IMG/VR virus record: IMGVR_UViG_3300042258_000341
Location: 1-64,000 of that record
Source of the DNA: a virus
Lineage: Duplodnaviria; Caudoviricetes
Length of the DNA stretch: 64,000 nucleotides
Strand: one strand, 5' to 3'
The notes beneath the pieces were generated by a model. The model saw only the letters and a program-made list of their open reading frames with translations, ran no database searches and was not told the origin of the DNA. The position numbers and the translations under genes were made by a program. Positions 37,522 to 46,674 of this stretch are shown piece after piece (positions within the stretch are counted from its first letter, which is position 1; each line of letters opens with the position of its first letter).

Positions 37522-38040
37522 ATGTTACTTATTCACCATAAAGGTATTCATGTTTCTCTTCCATTGGATACTACTAATTTCACAGGCGATGTGGAAGCCG
37601 ATAGTAAACTTCCATACGTTACAGGTCTGGTGGGCGGTGCTCTTGCAGCTATCGACGCTAACGGCGTTGTCCAGTTAGCTGATGGCGATCCCGCAAAAAG
37701 CCTTCTCCCCCTCGGTTTCTTGGTAAATGATGCTGCTGGCTACTTCTTCATGAATAAACCCGCTATCGCTGGTAAAGAAGTTGCGATTACTCATAGCCCC
37801 TGCATGATTTCAACTGATCAAGTTAAAACCGGACAAACTTTCACCCCCGGTCAAAAAGTATATTGTGGAACTGGTGCAGATGCTGGTAAAGTTGTTAACG
37901 CAGCTCCAGCAGCTACTGCCAGACCAATCGGTATCGCTCTCACTGATTTTGTTGCCCAAGGTGACGTTATGAGTGGTTCACTTTCAGTAGCCCCCGGCGT
38001 TCCAATGCTCAAAATCCTTGTCGGCTCTATTGCAGACTAA
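37522..38040 (+). CDS. head decoration / minor capsid protein
   Basis: Gly/Ala-rich beta protein (PLGFLVND, FTPGQKVY, RPIG) immediately before the major capsid gene. Confidence 0.75.
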   Translation: MLLIHHKGIHVSLPLDTTNFTGDVEADSKLPYVTGLVGGALAAIDANGVVQLADGDPAKSLLPLGFLVNDAAGYFFMNKPAIAGKEVAITHSPCMISTDQVKTGQTFTPGQKVYCGTGADAGKVVNAAPAATARPIGIALTDFVAQGDVMSGSLSVAPGVPMLKILVGSIAD

Positions 38041-38071
38041 CGAGAAGTAATTTAAAGGAGAATTAATTAAT

Positions 38072-38932
38072 ATGAGAACTGTAACTGCTGCTCAGAAAAA
38101 TCAGTTAATGACCAAGCTTCTCGGCTCAACACAGGGTCGCAAGAAGATTGCCGCTTCAATTCAAGAACCATTGAGAAAATTACGTGACTATGTAAGTATC
38201 GGTCGCCGTGCATTGTGGATTGACGAGCTTCCCGATGGTGCTCTTCCGATTTACGACAGAGACGTTGCAACTCCGGCTTTTGTAGTTGGAGACGAAGGTG
38301 ATTCAATTCAGGCTCTTCCGGTAGAAGGCGCAAGAATGATGGTGCCTCTGTTTGAAATCGCTGCATATCCGAAAATTCCGTTTGCACACGTAAAAGAACG
38401 CAGATTCGATATCATCCGCAGAATCAAGCAAAAAGCGAAAGACGAACTCTTCCGTAAAGAAGACAGTATCATCTTCCAGATGCTTTCTGCTGCTGCTACC
38501 AACAACACTGACAACCCAAGCATCCCAGTTGCTGCTGCTAACTTCAACATGTCAACTATCGTTGATGCTTTCGCAGGTGTTGAAAAATGGGGACTTCGTG
38601 TAGACAAAGTTTTCATGAATCCTCAAGAATTCAAAGTATTTAGAAACGCTGGTCGTGACTACGTTGACTTTGAAACCCAGAGAGAACTCCTCAGAACTGG
38701 TTTCATGGGTCAAGTTTATGGTGCTGGTATCTACATGTCTATGCAGGTTCCTCGTGGCACTATCTTTATCGTTTCTGAACCTGAGTACCTTGGTGTAATG
38801 CCAATTCGTATAGATCTCACGGTTATTCCGGCTGATGTACCGGGAGACCGTATGTTTGGATGGAGTTTATTCTGTAATGAAGGCATGGCTGTGCATAACA
38901 GTTATGGTATTCAGCAGATTATTGTCAGCTAA
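38072..38932 (+). CDS. major capsid protein (HK97 fold, Bxz1/Myrna-like family)
   Basis: IAASIQEPLR..RDY, DELPDGALPIYD, EG...VPLFEIAAYPKI, RKED, VFMNP, G.VYGA; high-expression codon usage. Confidence 0.9.
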   Translation: MRTVTAAQKNQLMTKLLGSTQGRKKIAASIQEPLRKLRDYVSIGRRALWIDELPDGALPIYDRDVATPAFVVGDEGDSIQALPVEGARMMVPLFEIAAYPKIPFAHVKERRFDIIRRIKQKAKDELFRKEDSIIFQMLSAAATNNTDNPSIPVAAANFNMSTIVDAFAGVEKWGLRVDKVFMNPQEFKVFRNAGRDYVDFETQRELLRTGFMGQVYGAGIYMSMQVPRGTIFIVSEPEYLGVMPIRIDLTVIPADVPGDRMFGWSLFCNEGMAVHNSYGIQQIIVS

Positions 38933-38945
38933 TATAAATTAGCCT

Positions 38946-38980
38946 AAAAACCCTCGGGAATAAACCCCCGAGGGTTTTTT
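38946..38980 (+). terminator. intrinsic terminator after the major capsid gene
   Basis: AAAAACCCTCGGG...CCCGAGGG-T6. Confidence 0.88.
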
Positions 38981-39030
38981 AATTTCCCAGACAAGTCCTA
39001 ACTAAGTTTTTAGATGTACCGTGAGACAGT

Positions 39031-39065
39031 AAACAAGGGTTTGTGTATTCAAAACCCTTGTTTTT
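39031..39065 (+). terminator. second hairpin, overlapping the -35 of the next promoter (TTGTTT-N17-TATACT, 39058-39086)
   Basis: AAACAAGGGTTT...AAACCCTTGTTT. Confidence 0.65.
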
Positions 39066-39115
39066 CTTTCTTTTTTACAATATACTAAGGGTAGCTTAGA
39101 AAAAGGAGAAAAGAA

Positions 39116-40882
39116 ATGCCTGTTGCGTACAATTTAGAACAAGCTTTAGAGTTAGTGAGAAGAGTTGGGTTGGAACCTTTATTCACTAAATATGAGGGTT
39201 CACAAAAAAAATATTTATGTAGATGTTCTTGCGGGGAATCCTTTGAATTACTTTTTTCAACAATAAACAGAAGATTGAAAGAAAACCCTCAATATGTTAT
39301 GGTTTGTAAAAAGTGTAACGATTCCAACAAAGATACCAAGTACACTTCGGACATTGTTTTCAAAATGTTTAAAGATCACGGGGCTATTCCTTTATTTACA
39401 AAAGAATTCTGGGATGAACAAAGTATTAAGTTGAAACATAAGGACTTCAGCAGACTGCACCTAGACTATCAGTGTGAGTGTGGTAAAAAAGATTGGACTA
39501 TTTTGGAAAATCTTATAGTAAAGATAAATAAAAATCCGGGATACATCCTTCGTTGCCAATCTTGCGCTTTATTGAAAGGTAAACAAGTTCTCCGTAAAAG
39601 AGAAGAGACTAAAAACCGGATCGAAGAATATTTTTCAAAATATGGGCTGAAACTCTTGAACTTTGAAGAAGTTAATAAAAATACAGACTCTATTAAATTT
39701 CACTGTGAGTGTGGGAATATTCATTCAACCACATGGATGTCTTTACAACAAGTGCAAAATAAACCAACCTGTGAAGTTTGCCAATTAAAAAACAAGAGAC
39801 GAGGCGAGAATCACCCCCGTTGGAATCCTGATTTAACGGATGAAGAAAGAGAATTGCAAGAAGGGGGGCAGAGTCATGCGGTTAAAAAGTGGGGGGAATT
39901 GTTAAGAGTTATATATAACTTTAAATGCCAAATTTCGGGGGCTGTGTGTAATAAACTTAATTGTCATCATATATATCCGGTTAAATTTCATAAAGATAAA
40001 CAGTTACTTATTACAAACGGTATACCTATCTCACAGGAACTACACGTTGAATTTCATTCCCGTTACGGAAAACATGTTGACAATTCGGAAGATTTTTTCT
40101 CTTTTTATAAAGAGAAAACAGGAAAAGATTGGCAACCCGCAGCACACATATACCCTTTAATAATTGAAGATTCTTCATATGACTTAATAAATATGAAAAA
40201 ATCTTTTGCTTTGCGGGGGGTAGACTTTATCCCTATCTTCTTAGAAGAAGTTACTTTACGTAAAAATTTAATCGCCAGTATTTTACGTTATAAAATGGGG
40301 CTGATATCTGAAAAAATAAATGCCCGAGATTTGATTGTAAAAGAGATATATGATTCCAAAAAGGTTTCTGAATTTCTCACAAAAAATCACAGGCAGGGGG
40401 GAGTTCCTTCTGTGGTAAATATCGGGCTTGAAACCTCAGATGGAGAACTGGTGTCTTTAATGACTTTCGGGGAACCTCGTTTTTCGAAAGAGGTTAAATT
40501 TGAACTGCTTCGCTTTTGTTCTAAATTAAATATTATTGTGCATGGAGCGGCACAAAAGATTTTCTCTTATTTCGTAGAAAGATTTAAACCGGAATCCATT
40601 GTAACTTATGCCGATATGAGATATTCCAATATTGATCCACAGAAAACTCTTTATGCCCAATTGGGTTTTGAGTTTTCTCATACCACTCAACCTAATTATT
40701 GGTATACAAAAGATTATATTATTTTAGAACCCCGACAAAAATATCAAAAACATAAACTCCCGGGTTTGCTCCCCTCTTTTGACCCAAATCTAACGGAAGA
40801 AGAAAACATGGCTGCAGCAGGCTTTTTTAAATTAAAAGATTGCGGGAATCATGTTTTTTTTTACAAAAATAAAATCCCCTAA
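39116..40882 (+). CDS. Zn-ribbon repeat + HNH endonuclease + GNAT/Mom-like C-terminal domain (putative homing endonuclease)
   Basis: Three CxCG...CxxC units; LNCHHIYP...NG...HVEFH; C-terminal FLTKNHRQG, ELLRFC, YADMRYS, PNYWY, DCG. Confidence 0.72.
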   Translation: MPVAYNLEQALELVRRVGLEPLFTKYEGSQKKYLCRCSCGESFELLFSTINRRLKENPQYVMVCKKCNDSNKDTKYTSDIVFKMFKDHGAIPLFTKEFWDEQSIKLKHKDFSRLHLDYQCECGKKDWTILENLIVKINKNPGYILRCQSCALLKGKQVLRKREETKNRIEEYFSKYGLKLLNFEEVNKNTDSIKFHCECGNIHSTTWMSLQQVQNKPTCEVCQLKNKRRGENHPRWNPDLTDEERELQEGGQSHAVKKWGELLRVIYNFKCQISGAVCNKLNCHHIYPVKFHKDKQLLITNGIPISQELHVEFHSRYGKHVDNSEDFFSFYKEKTGKDWQPAAHIYPLIIEDSSYDLINMKKSFALRGVDFIPIFLEEVTLRKNLIASILRYKMGLISEKINARDLIVKEIYDSKKVSEFLTKNHRQGGVPSVVNIGLETSDGELVSLMTFGEPRFSKEVKFELLRFCSKLNIIVHGAAQKIFSYFVERFKPESIVTYADMRYSNIDPQKTLYAQLGFEFSHTTQPNYWYTKDYIILEPRQKYQKHKLPGLLPSFDPNLTEEENMAAAGFFKLKDCGNHVFFYKNKIP

Positions 40883-40937
40883 CTTTTCTCCCTATATTCT
40901 TTATTATAAATTCTACTCTCGAAAGGTGAATTTAAAT

Positions 40938-41219
40938 ATGTCAGCAAAAGAACTTATCGGTTTTTCTCTTCGTGAAGACGGCTCTTTGGTTGTAACTCAA
41001 GACGGGAATGTTTCTACGTCTTTCGGAAAAGTAAATGAAGTGACAATGGCTTTAGCTCAGACAAGAAACGAAAGCGGGATGCCACAAATCATTCGTGTTG
41101 TAAAAATGGTTTCTGAAGTGGAGCCTGAAGTAAAAATAGGACAGCCTTCTGCAAACTTAAGAATTCAGGAATTTATTGTCCCCGTTGTAGAAACAGTAGC
41201 GGTTACAGAAGATAATTAA
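40938..41219 (+). CDS. hypothetical protein
   Basis: AAGGTG RBS before ATG 40938. Confidence 0.65.
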   Translation: MSAKELIGFSLREDGSLVVTQDGNVSTSFGKVNEVTMALAQTRNESGMPQIIRVVKMVSEVEPEVKIGQPSANLRIQEFIVPVVETVAVTEDN

Positions 41220-41239
41220 AAAAGTTTCAAAACACTCCC

Positions 41240-41290
41240 GTAAAAAAGTCGAGAAGATTATTTAAATTTTCTCGACTTTTTTACTATATA
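41240..41290 (+). promoter_or_regulatory. hairpin terminator fused to an early promoter
   Basis: GTAAAAAAGTCGAGAA / TTCTCGACTTTTTTAC stem; TTAAAT-N17-TATATA. Confidence 0.65.
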
Positions 41291-41315
41291 TATAAATATA
41301 GGGGGGAATAAAGTT

Positions 41316-41687
41316 ATGGACGTATGTTTAATAAACAGTATTGAGAATATAGACAAGATAGACATTCGGAAGACGTTCGAAACAATTTTACATAAATCGG
41401 AGTATTGTTATTCTTTACTGGAAGCTATAAAAGAAGAACTTGCGGGAAAACCTTTACCTGAAGTTCCACGAGAGGGAATAGAATATCTTATGTGGGTTAA
41501 TGAGGGAGTAATAGCTTATTCTTACATCCCATTTTACCGTGAATTTTCTGTAACCCCAGTGGAAATGATTAAATTCACAAAATTAAACCCGACACAGCAA
41601 AAAAGAGCTTTATATCGAGCAGCTATTCATAACGAATGGTGTTTCGAAGGGCGAATCACGCCTCTTGTTCTTTCTCTTCTAAAATAG
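41316..41687 (+). CDS. hypothetical protein, paralog of 9288..9629
   Basis: ELAGKP...TPVEMIKFTKLNPTQQKRALYRA. Confidence 0.75.
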   Translation: MDVCLINSIENIDKIDIRKTFETILHKSEYCYSLLEAIKEELAGKPLPEVPREGIEYLMWVNEGVIAYSYIPFYREFSVTPVEMIKFTKLNPTQQKRALYRAAIHNEWCFEGRITPLVLSLLK

Positions 41688-42156
41688 ACATTAATGCATT
41701 CAGAGCATTAAAAATTTCAGAGAATAGCGGAGTTATTTGATCGACTACTGAAGGATATTGTCTTTTGTAAACCAAGATTTTAGCCTCTAAACTCTTTAAG
41801 AAAGATTTCCAACGCAACAATTCTTGTCGGTGAATGTGGGATATTTTTGCCCGGAAAAGTTTTGCTAAATACGAGAAGGACGTGAAAGAACTTTTCTTTG
41901 CTAAATTGTTAGGTTTCTCTCTCAATACCGCAAGAATCTTTCCCAAAGTTATCGGGATATTTTTGAAATACCTATTAAATTCTTCAGCTTCTTCTTTATT
42001 GAATTGCCCATATCCGTCAGGAGTGTTAAAATCTTGAAAGAATTTTTTCAAATCTTTTTCCATAAATTCTTGTATTTCTCGGTATGTGGGTAAAAAATAA
42101 TGTGTGAAAGGGACATCATCCCCCATAGGTTTATATGCGATTTTAAGCTTTCTCAT
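41656..42156 (-). CDS. hypothetical protein (likely start MRKLKIAY)
   Basis: KKSSFTSFSYLAKLFRAK; convergent overlap with 41316. Confidence 0.7.
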   Translation of the reverse strand: MRKLKIAYKPMGDDVPFTHYFLPTYREIQEFMEKDLKKFFQDFNTPDGYGQFNKEEAEEFNRYFKNIPITLGKILAVLREKPNNLAKKSSFTSFSYLAKLFRAKISHIHRQELLRWKSFLKSLEAKILVYKRQYPSVVDQITPLFSEIFNALNALMSILEEKEQEA

Positions 42157-42236
42157 GTGAATTTCCCGTCTCATAAATAATAATTTACATCTTATGTAAA
42201 AACATGACAAAATTATTGCAAACCGAGAAATATCTA

Positions 42237-42265
42237 TTAAATTTTCTCGACTTTTTTACTATATA
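42237..42265 (+). promoter_or_regulatory. early promoter, near-copy of 41262-41290
   Basis: TTAAATTTTCTCGACTTTTTTACTATATA. Confidence 0.7.
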
Positions 42266-42299
42266 TAAATAAGACAAGAAAGATATGTGAGGTATAACG

Positions 42300-43070
42300 A
42301 TGAAAAACATTACCGCAGAAACAATCATTTCGGAAGGCTTAAAAGTTATTTCTGGGCAAGAAATTACAGAAATAAAAGAGCCTGTTGAAGACTCGCATCA
42401 AAAAATAGAACTTCGAGACTATCAGGATGAAGTTGTTGCAGATGCAAATAATCTCTTTGTAGAAAAAAATATTGTCTCTGCAGAAATATATTGTGGGGGC
42501 GGGAAGACAATTATCGGCGGAACAGTAATTGCCAATTGGATTCAAGAACACCCCGGGAAGCATGTTTTCTTTATCTCCCCCAACCGGGCTAGTTTTGTGC
42601 ATTTCAAACAAGATATTTTTCGGGCAGTTTCTTCTTTTGCGGGACTTAAAATGCAAATTACAACTTCGGGGTTCGAAAAAGATAAGAAAATACATATTAT
42701 GACTCACGTTTCTTTTTTAAAGTGGAAACAAAAAAAATCGGAACAATTCGAAGACGTAATGAAACAAACTTCCCTTTTTGTCTTAGATGAAGCTCACAGA
42801 TACCCGGAAGACGAAGGGGAATCTAAATATATCGGGGAATTGGCAAAAGTTGTGAAGAGAAAAGCCAAGAAATACAATTTCAAGATATTAGCCCTAACTG
42901 GAACTCATTTTAGAATGGATAAATACTCTCCGCTTGGAATTAAAGATGCAGACATAAGAATTACAATGCAGGATTTGATAAATAAAGAAATGGCTCCTGA
43001 AGTATATGGCATTACAATTCCTATCAAATTGGACAATTCTTTTCTGTATCTAAGAACGGGGAAGAAATGA
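42300..43070 (+). CDS. SF2 helicase, N-terminal ATPase half
   Basis: LRDYQ, CGGGKT, LDEAH, ALTGT. Confidence 0.85.
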   Translation: MKNITAETIISEGLKVISGQEITEIKEPVEDSHQKIELRDYQDEVVADANNLFVEKNIVSAEIYCGGGKTIIGGTVIANWIQEHPGKHVFFISPNRASFVHFKQDIFRAVSSFAGLKMQITTSGFEKDKKIHIMTHVSFLKWKQKKSEQFEDVMKQTSLFVLDEAHRYPEDEGESKYIGELAKVVKRKAKKYNFKILALTGTHFRMDKYSPLGIKDADIRITMQDLINKEMAPEVYGITIPIKLDNSFLYLRTGKK

Positions 43071-44281
43071 TTGTAAAACCTTCTGGAGTTTCTGCAGCAG
43101 ATGTTCGAAAGAAACTTCAGCTTTATTACGATCAAATCGCTTACATAATTTACAAGATACAAAAAGCAGACCCTACCGCAGGACATTGTGTTTTTACTTC
43201 TACTTGTGAGGACGCTAAGAGCATTTGTGAAGAAATAAATGCTCGACTCGGAAAACCCTTGTTTGTGGAAATGACAAGTAAGTCTGGGAAAATAAAAGAT
43301 AGACCTGAAATTTTATCGAAATTACAATCTGGAGAATTACTCGGATACGTCACTGTGAATGTGGGGGCTGAATCTTTAAATGTAAAAAGATTGAAATATT
43401 GTCATATCATAACTCGAACAACCAGCGATGTGAAATTGATGCAAATGGTTGGAAGAATCATGCGTAAATGCGAAGGAAAGCCAAGAGTTTTTATTGTAGA
43501 CTATCAAGTCTTAAAAAGAAAGATAATCAAACTCGCAAAAGGATTAAAACATGTCCACGCTCTTTGTGGGAGTAAAAGAGAATTAAAAGGAGTTGGGGGT
43601 GGGATTTGCGTTAAAGATTCAACAGAACTCCCGGATTGCCATATTTCTCTAGGAGAGTTGGAAGAGTTTCTTATTAGGGAGAGTTTTAATGGAGAAGTAA
43701 AGGGTTTGGATTATTACTATTCGTGGATGCCTACTGCGGAGAAGAAACCTTCAGGTATGTCTAAAGACTTAATAGAGAGAAAAAAAGGGGGGCAGTTTTA
43801 TAGATATTGTAACCCGAATAATAAATACTTTAATAAACAAGCGTATGAAGATACGAAAAGAATACACCCGGATTGGTTCTCGGAAGAACTTAAAGCATTA
43901 GATTATTATTATTCATGGATGCCTACTGCGGATAAGAAGCCTTCGCAAGTTTCAAAAAATTTGGAAGATCGAAAACGAGCGAGACAAATAGCTAGTTATT
44001 GTTCTTTAAATAACCCAAGATTTAACCCTTCAGTATATGAAGACACAAAAAAAATTCATCCAGATTGGTTTAAATTAGTGGGGTTGGACTATTATTATTC
44101 ATGGATGCCGACAGCGGAAAGGAAACCTATTTTAAACTCAAAAAATCCGAAAGAAAAAAAGAGAGCGGAACAATTAAAAAAATATTGCAATCCTAATAAT
44201 AAAGAGTTCAATCAACAAGCTTATGAAGATACAAAAAAAATACATCCGGACTGGTTTAAAAAAAGTCCTAAAAAGAATTAA
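43067..44281 (+). CDS. SF2 helicase C-terminal half plus three ~63-aa repeats
   Basis: VNVGAESLNV, QMVGRIMR; repeats LDYYYSWMPTA...YEDTK.IHPDWF. Confidence 0.8.
   Translation: MIVKPSGVSAADVRKKLQLYYDQIAYIIYKIQKADPTAGHCVFTSTCEDAKSICEEINARLGKPLFVEMTSKSGKIKDRPEILSKLQSGELLGYVTVNVGAESLNVKRLKYCHIITRTTSDVKLMQMVGRIMRKCEGKPRVFIVDYQVLKRKIIKLAKGLKHVHALCGSKRELKGVGGGICVKDSTELPDCHISLGELEEFLIRESFNGEVKGLDYYYSWMPTAEKKPSGMSKDLIERKKGGQFYRYCNPNNKYFNKQAYEDTKRIHPDWFSEELKALDYYYSWMPTADKKPSQVSKNLEDRKRARQIASYCSLNNPRFNPSVYEDTKKIHPDWFKLVGLDYYYSWMPTAERKPILNSKNPKEKKRAEQLKKYCNPNNKEFNQQAYEDTKKIHPDWFKKSPKKN
43703..44257 (+). repeat. three tandem ~190-bp coding repeats
   Basis: LDYYYSWMPTA.KKP...YC..NN..FN...YEDTK.IHPDWF three times. 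Confidence 0.9.
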
Positions 44282-44306
44282 ATTTTTCCGGTTTTTTTAC
44301 TATATA
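44278..44306 (+). promoter_or_regulatory. early promoter
   Basis: TTAAAT-N17-TATATA containing TTTTTTACTATATA. Confidence 0.65.
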
Positions 44307-44344
44307 TATATAAGTAAGACCTAATTCCAAGAAAGGAAATACAT

Positions 44345-46612
44345 ATGCGTTTTTACAAAAATGTTCTCAAAGTCGGCTCTGAAGAATTAACAGTTGTTAC
44401 TGTTAATCAGGAGGACGGGGAAGAAGTCCAAGTTGTTGAAAAGAACCCCCCAGTTCACCATATACAGATTATAGACCGGTCTGGTTCTATGTCCGGGCAT
44501 ATTCACCTTCTTGTTTCTCAAGTCCAACAGACTGTGGAAGCAATGAGAGATGAAGATTACATTTCTGTGGTATGGTTCTCTTCCGCCGGACAGTATCGCA
44601 CTCTTGTCAAAGGGGCTAAAAAATCCCCGGAACTTCTCAAAACCCTCGATGAATTGCGTTCGGTTTACGGGACAACCTGCTTCTCAGACCCGGTAAAAGA
44701 AGTGAAAATTGTCGTGGACGAACTTTCAACTCTCTGCCCCAACATAAGCATTACTCTCTTCACAGATGGGCAAGCTGTTACTCCGTGGAGTGCAAGTGAA
44801 GAAGAAAAGAAAACTTTCGAGCTTGTAAAATCTTTCAAAGACAAAGTAATCGCTTTCAACACTGTAGGTTATGGAAACTTCTACAATCAAGATTTCTTGA
44901 AGAAACTTTCCGCTCTTACAGAATTCGGTATTTTTACACATTCTTCAGAGATTGCGGAATATTTCAGTATTTTCCAGAACAATTACGAAAGAATTGTAGA
45001 AGGCAAGATCGAAAAAGTCCATCTGGAATATGGATTGAATATCGATGGGATTTATCTGAATCGTAAATTCACAAAAATGGAAACTCTTGAAATGTATCTC
45101 TCCCGGTTGGATAAAAACAAGAACCAATTTTTCCTTGTTTCCAAAGAAGGCGATTTCCAGTTCATGTATAATGATCAGCCGGTGAAATCCAAAGAAATAA
45201 CAGAAACCGCCGCAGAGCCTACAATTAGAAATTTTCTATATGCTTACGCAAATGGTTTGTTTTATCTCAATCGAAAACGAGAAAGTCTGGATATTCTTTT
45301 GCATCTTCGGGATAAAGCTCTTATCGATTCTCACATGTCTTCTTTCACATACGATGAATGCTCTGAGCATCAGAAAATGCTGGAAAAAGCAACTCTCCAT
45401 ACTTCCGGCAGAAACATTGACGGAGAAGCCAGAGCAAATTACCTCCCGGCAAAAGACGCTTTCTGCGTAATGGATTTGTTGAACATGTTGGCAAATTCTT
45501 ACAGCTATTACATGCCTTTCCATAAAGATGCTGATCAGTATAATCGTATCGGAAGAAAAACCGAAGACGAATTCAATCTTTTCACCCGAACCGAAGAACC
45601 TGTTCTTTCCGGCTTTGAGGCTTTTGTGTGGAATAAAGAAAGAGTTAACCTTGGAATTAATGTTTTGATTCCGGGAACTGTCTCTATCAATCCTAAAGAA
45701 GCCGAAAGAGTGGGTTTACCTCGAACAATTGAATCTCGTATTTTCCGAACTTACAATCTCATTTCAGACGGGCATTTGAATCAGAAAAGAATTGTAGGAG
45801 TAATCCCGGAAAAACTTTATAACGAAATCCAGAGCAAAAGAAAAGTTTGCGAAATTATCGACCTCGACAAATCAATTCTGAAGAAACTGGAAGTCGAACA
45901 CGGTGAAAAATATGTTTGTGTGAAATTCCATCTTTACAGAATTCCAATCATCAATCAGATGTATGCTGAATATGCTTCTGCAAAAGATGTCTTCGGAATC
46001 TGCTACAGAGCTTTGCATCTGGAAGCCAAACAGAAATGGTTGAATAGTTTCTGGAAAGAATTTGAAGCCAACTCAACTGCGGCACAGCATAAAGTTGGCA
46101 TTTTCGAAGGAATGTCTTCGGATCAGATGCAGGTTCTTGAAGCACACGGTTTAAGAAAAGACGGCACATATTCCCCGGTTGCGACAAAAGTGGCGAAAAA
46201 AGATGAGTGTCAGGATTCTTACGAAACAAGAGCGTTTAAATTTTCTTGGAAAGGGGTCTCGTCTCTGCCTTCAATAAAAGACGCAAAAGAGAAAATAGCG
46301 GCAAAGAAATCCACTGTTTCTGTAGAAGTAATGGAAAAAGCTTTGTTAGAAGTGCAGAAAGAAGCCCGGGAAGACGGAATCTCTTTGGATCATGCTGTTG
46401 TTGAAACAAGAGATTGGCTTACTCAAGAAATTCTCGATGTTAAGTCCGAACTCTTCACACTGCGAACCAAACTTGCGTGTGCAAAAATGTGCCATTTGCT
46501 TAACGGCAGTAGTTTCACAGATTTCCAACCGGATGCAAAAGGAACTCTTGCTTACGAACAAAAAGGCATGTCTTTGCTTCTCAAAACATATCGTGTAACC
46601 GAATATCTGTAA
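44345..46612 (+). CDS. large von Willebrand factor A domain protein
   Basis: MIDAS IIDRSGSMSG, GTT, LFTDG, VGYG. Confidence 0.85.
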   Translation: MRFYKNVLKVGSEELTVVTVNQEDGEEVQVVEKNPPVHHIQIIDRSGSMSGHIHLLVSQVQQTVEAMRDEDYISVVWFSSAGQYRTLVKGAKKSPELLKTLDELRSVYGTTCFSDPVKEVKIVVDELSTLCPNISITLFTDGQAVTPWSASEEEKKTFELVKSFKDKVIAFNTVGYGNFYNQDFLKKLSALTEFGIFTHSSEIAEYFSIFQNNYERIVEGKIEKVHLEYGLNIDGIYLNRKFTKMETLEMYLSRLDKNKNQFFLVSKEGDFQFMYNDQPVKSKEITETAAEPTIRNFLYAYANGLFYLNRKRESLDILLHLRDKALIDSHMSSFTYDECSEHQKMLEKATLHTSGRNIDGEARANYLPAKDAFCVMDLLNMLANSYSYYMPFHKDADQYNRIGRKTEDEFNLFTRTEEPVLSGFEAFVWNKERVNLGINVLIPGTVSINPKEAERVGLPRTIESRIFRTYNLISDGHLNQKRIVGVIPEKLYNEIQSKRKVCEIIDLDKSILKKLEVEHGEKYVCVKFHLYRIPIINQMYAEYASAKDVFGICYRALHLEAKQKWLNSFWKEFEANSTAAQHKVGIFEGMSSDQMQVLEAHGLRKDGTYSPVATKVAKKDECQDSYETRAFKFSWKGVSSLPSIKDAKEKIAAKKSTVSVEVMEKALLEVQKEAREDGISLDHAVVETRDWLTQEILDVKSELFTLRTKLACAKMCHLLNGSSFTDFQPDAKGTLAYEQKGMSLLLKTYRVTEYL

Positions 46613-46617
46613 AAGTA

Positions 46618-46658
46618 AAAGGAAGTTCCTTGAAATTGTTTTTCAAGGAGCTTCCTTT
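46618..46658 (+). terminator. intrinsic terminator
   Basis: AAAGGAAGTTCCTTGAAA / TTTCAAGGAGCTTCCTTT. Confidence 0.75.
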
Positions 46659-46674
46659 CTAAGAAAGGGTTGTA

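Noticed and set aside
36265-39115. tRNA or structured ncRNA in the larger intergenic gaps
   Set aside because: I see only simple hairpins; no cloverleaf or T-loop consensus.
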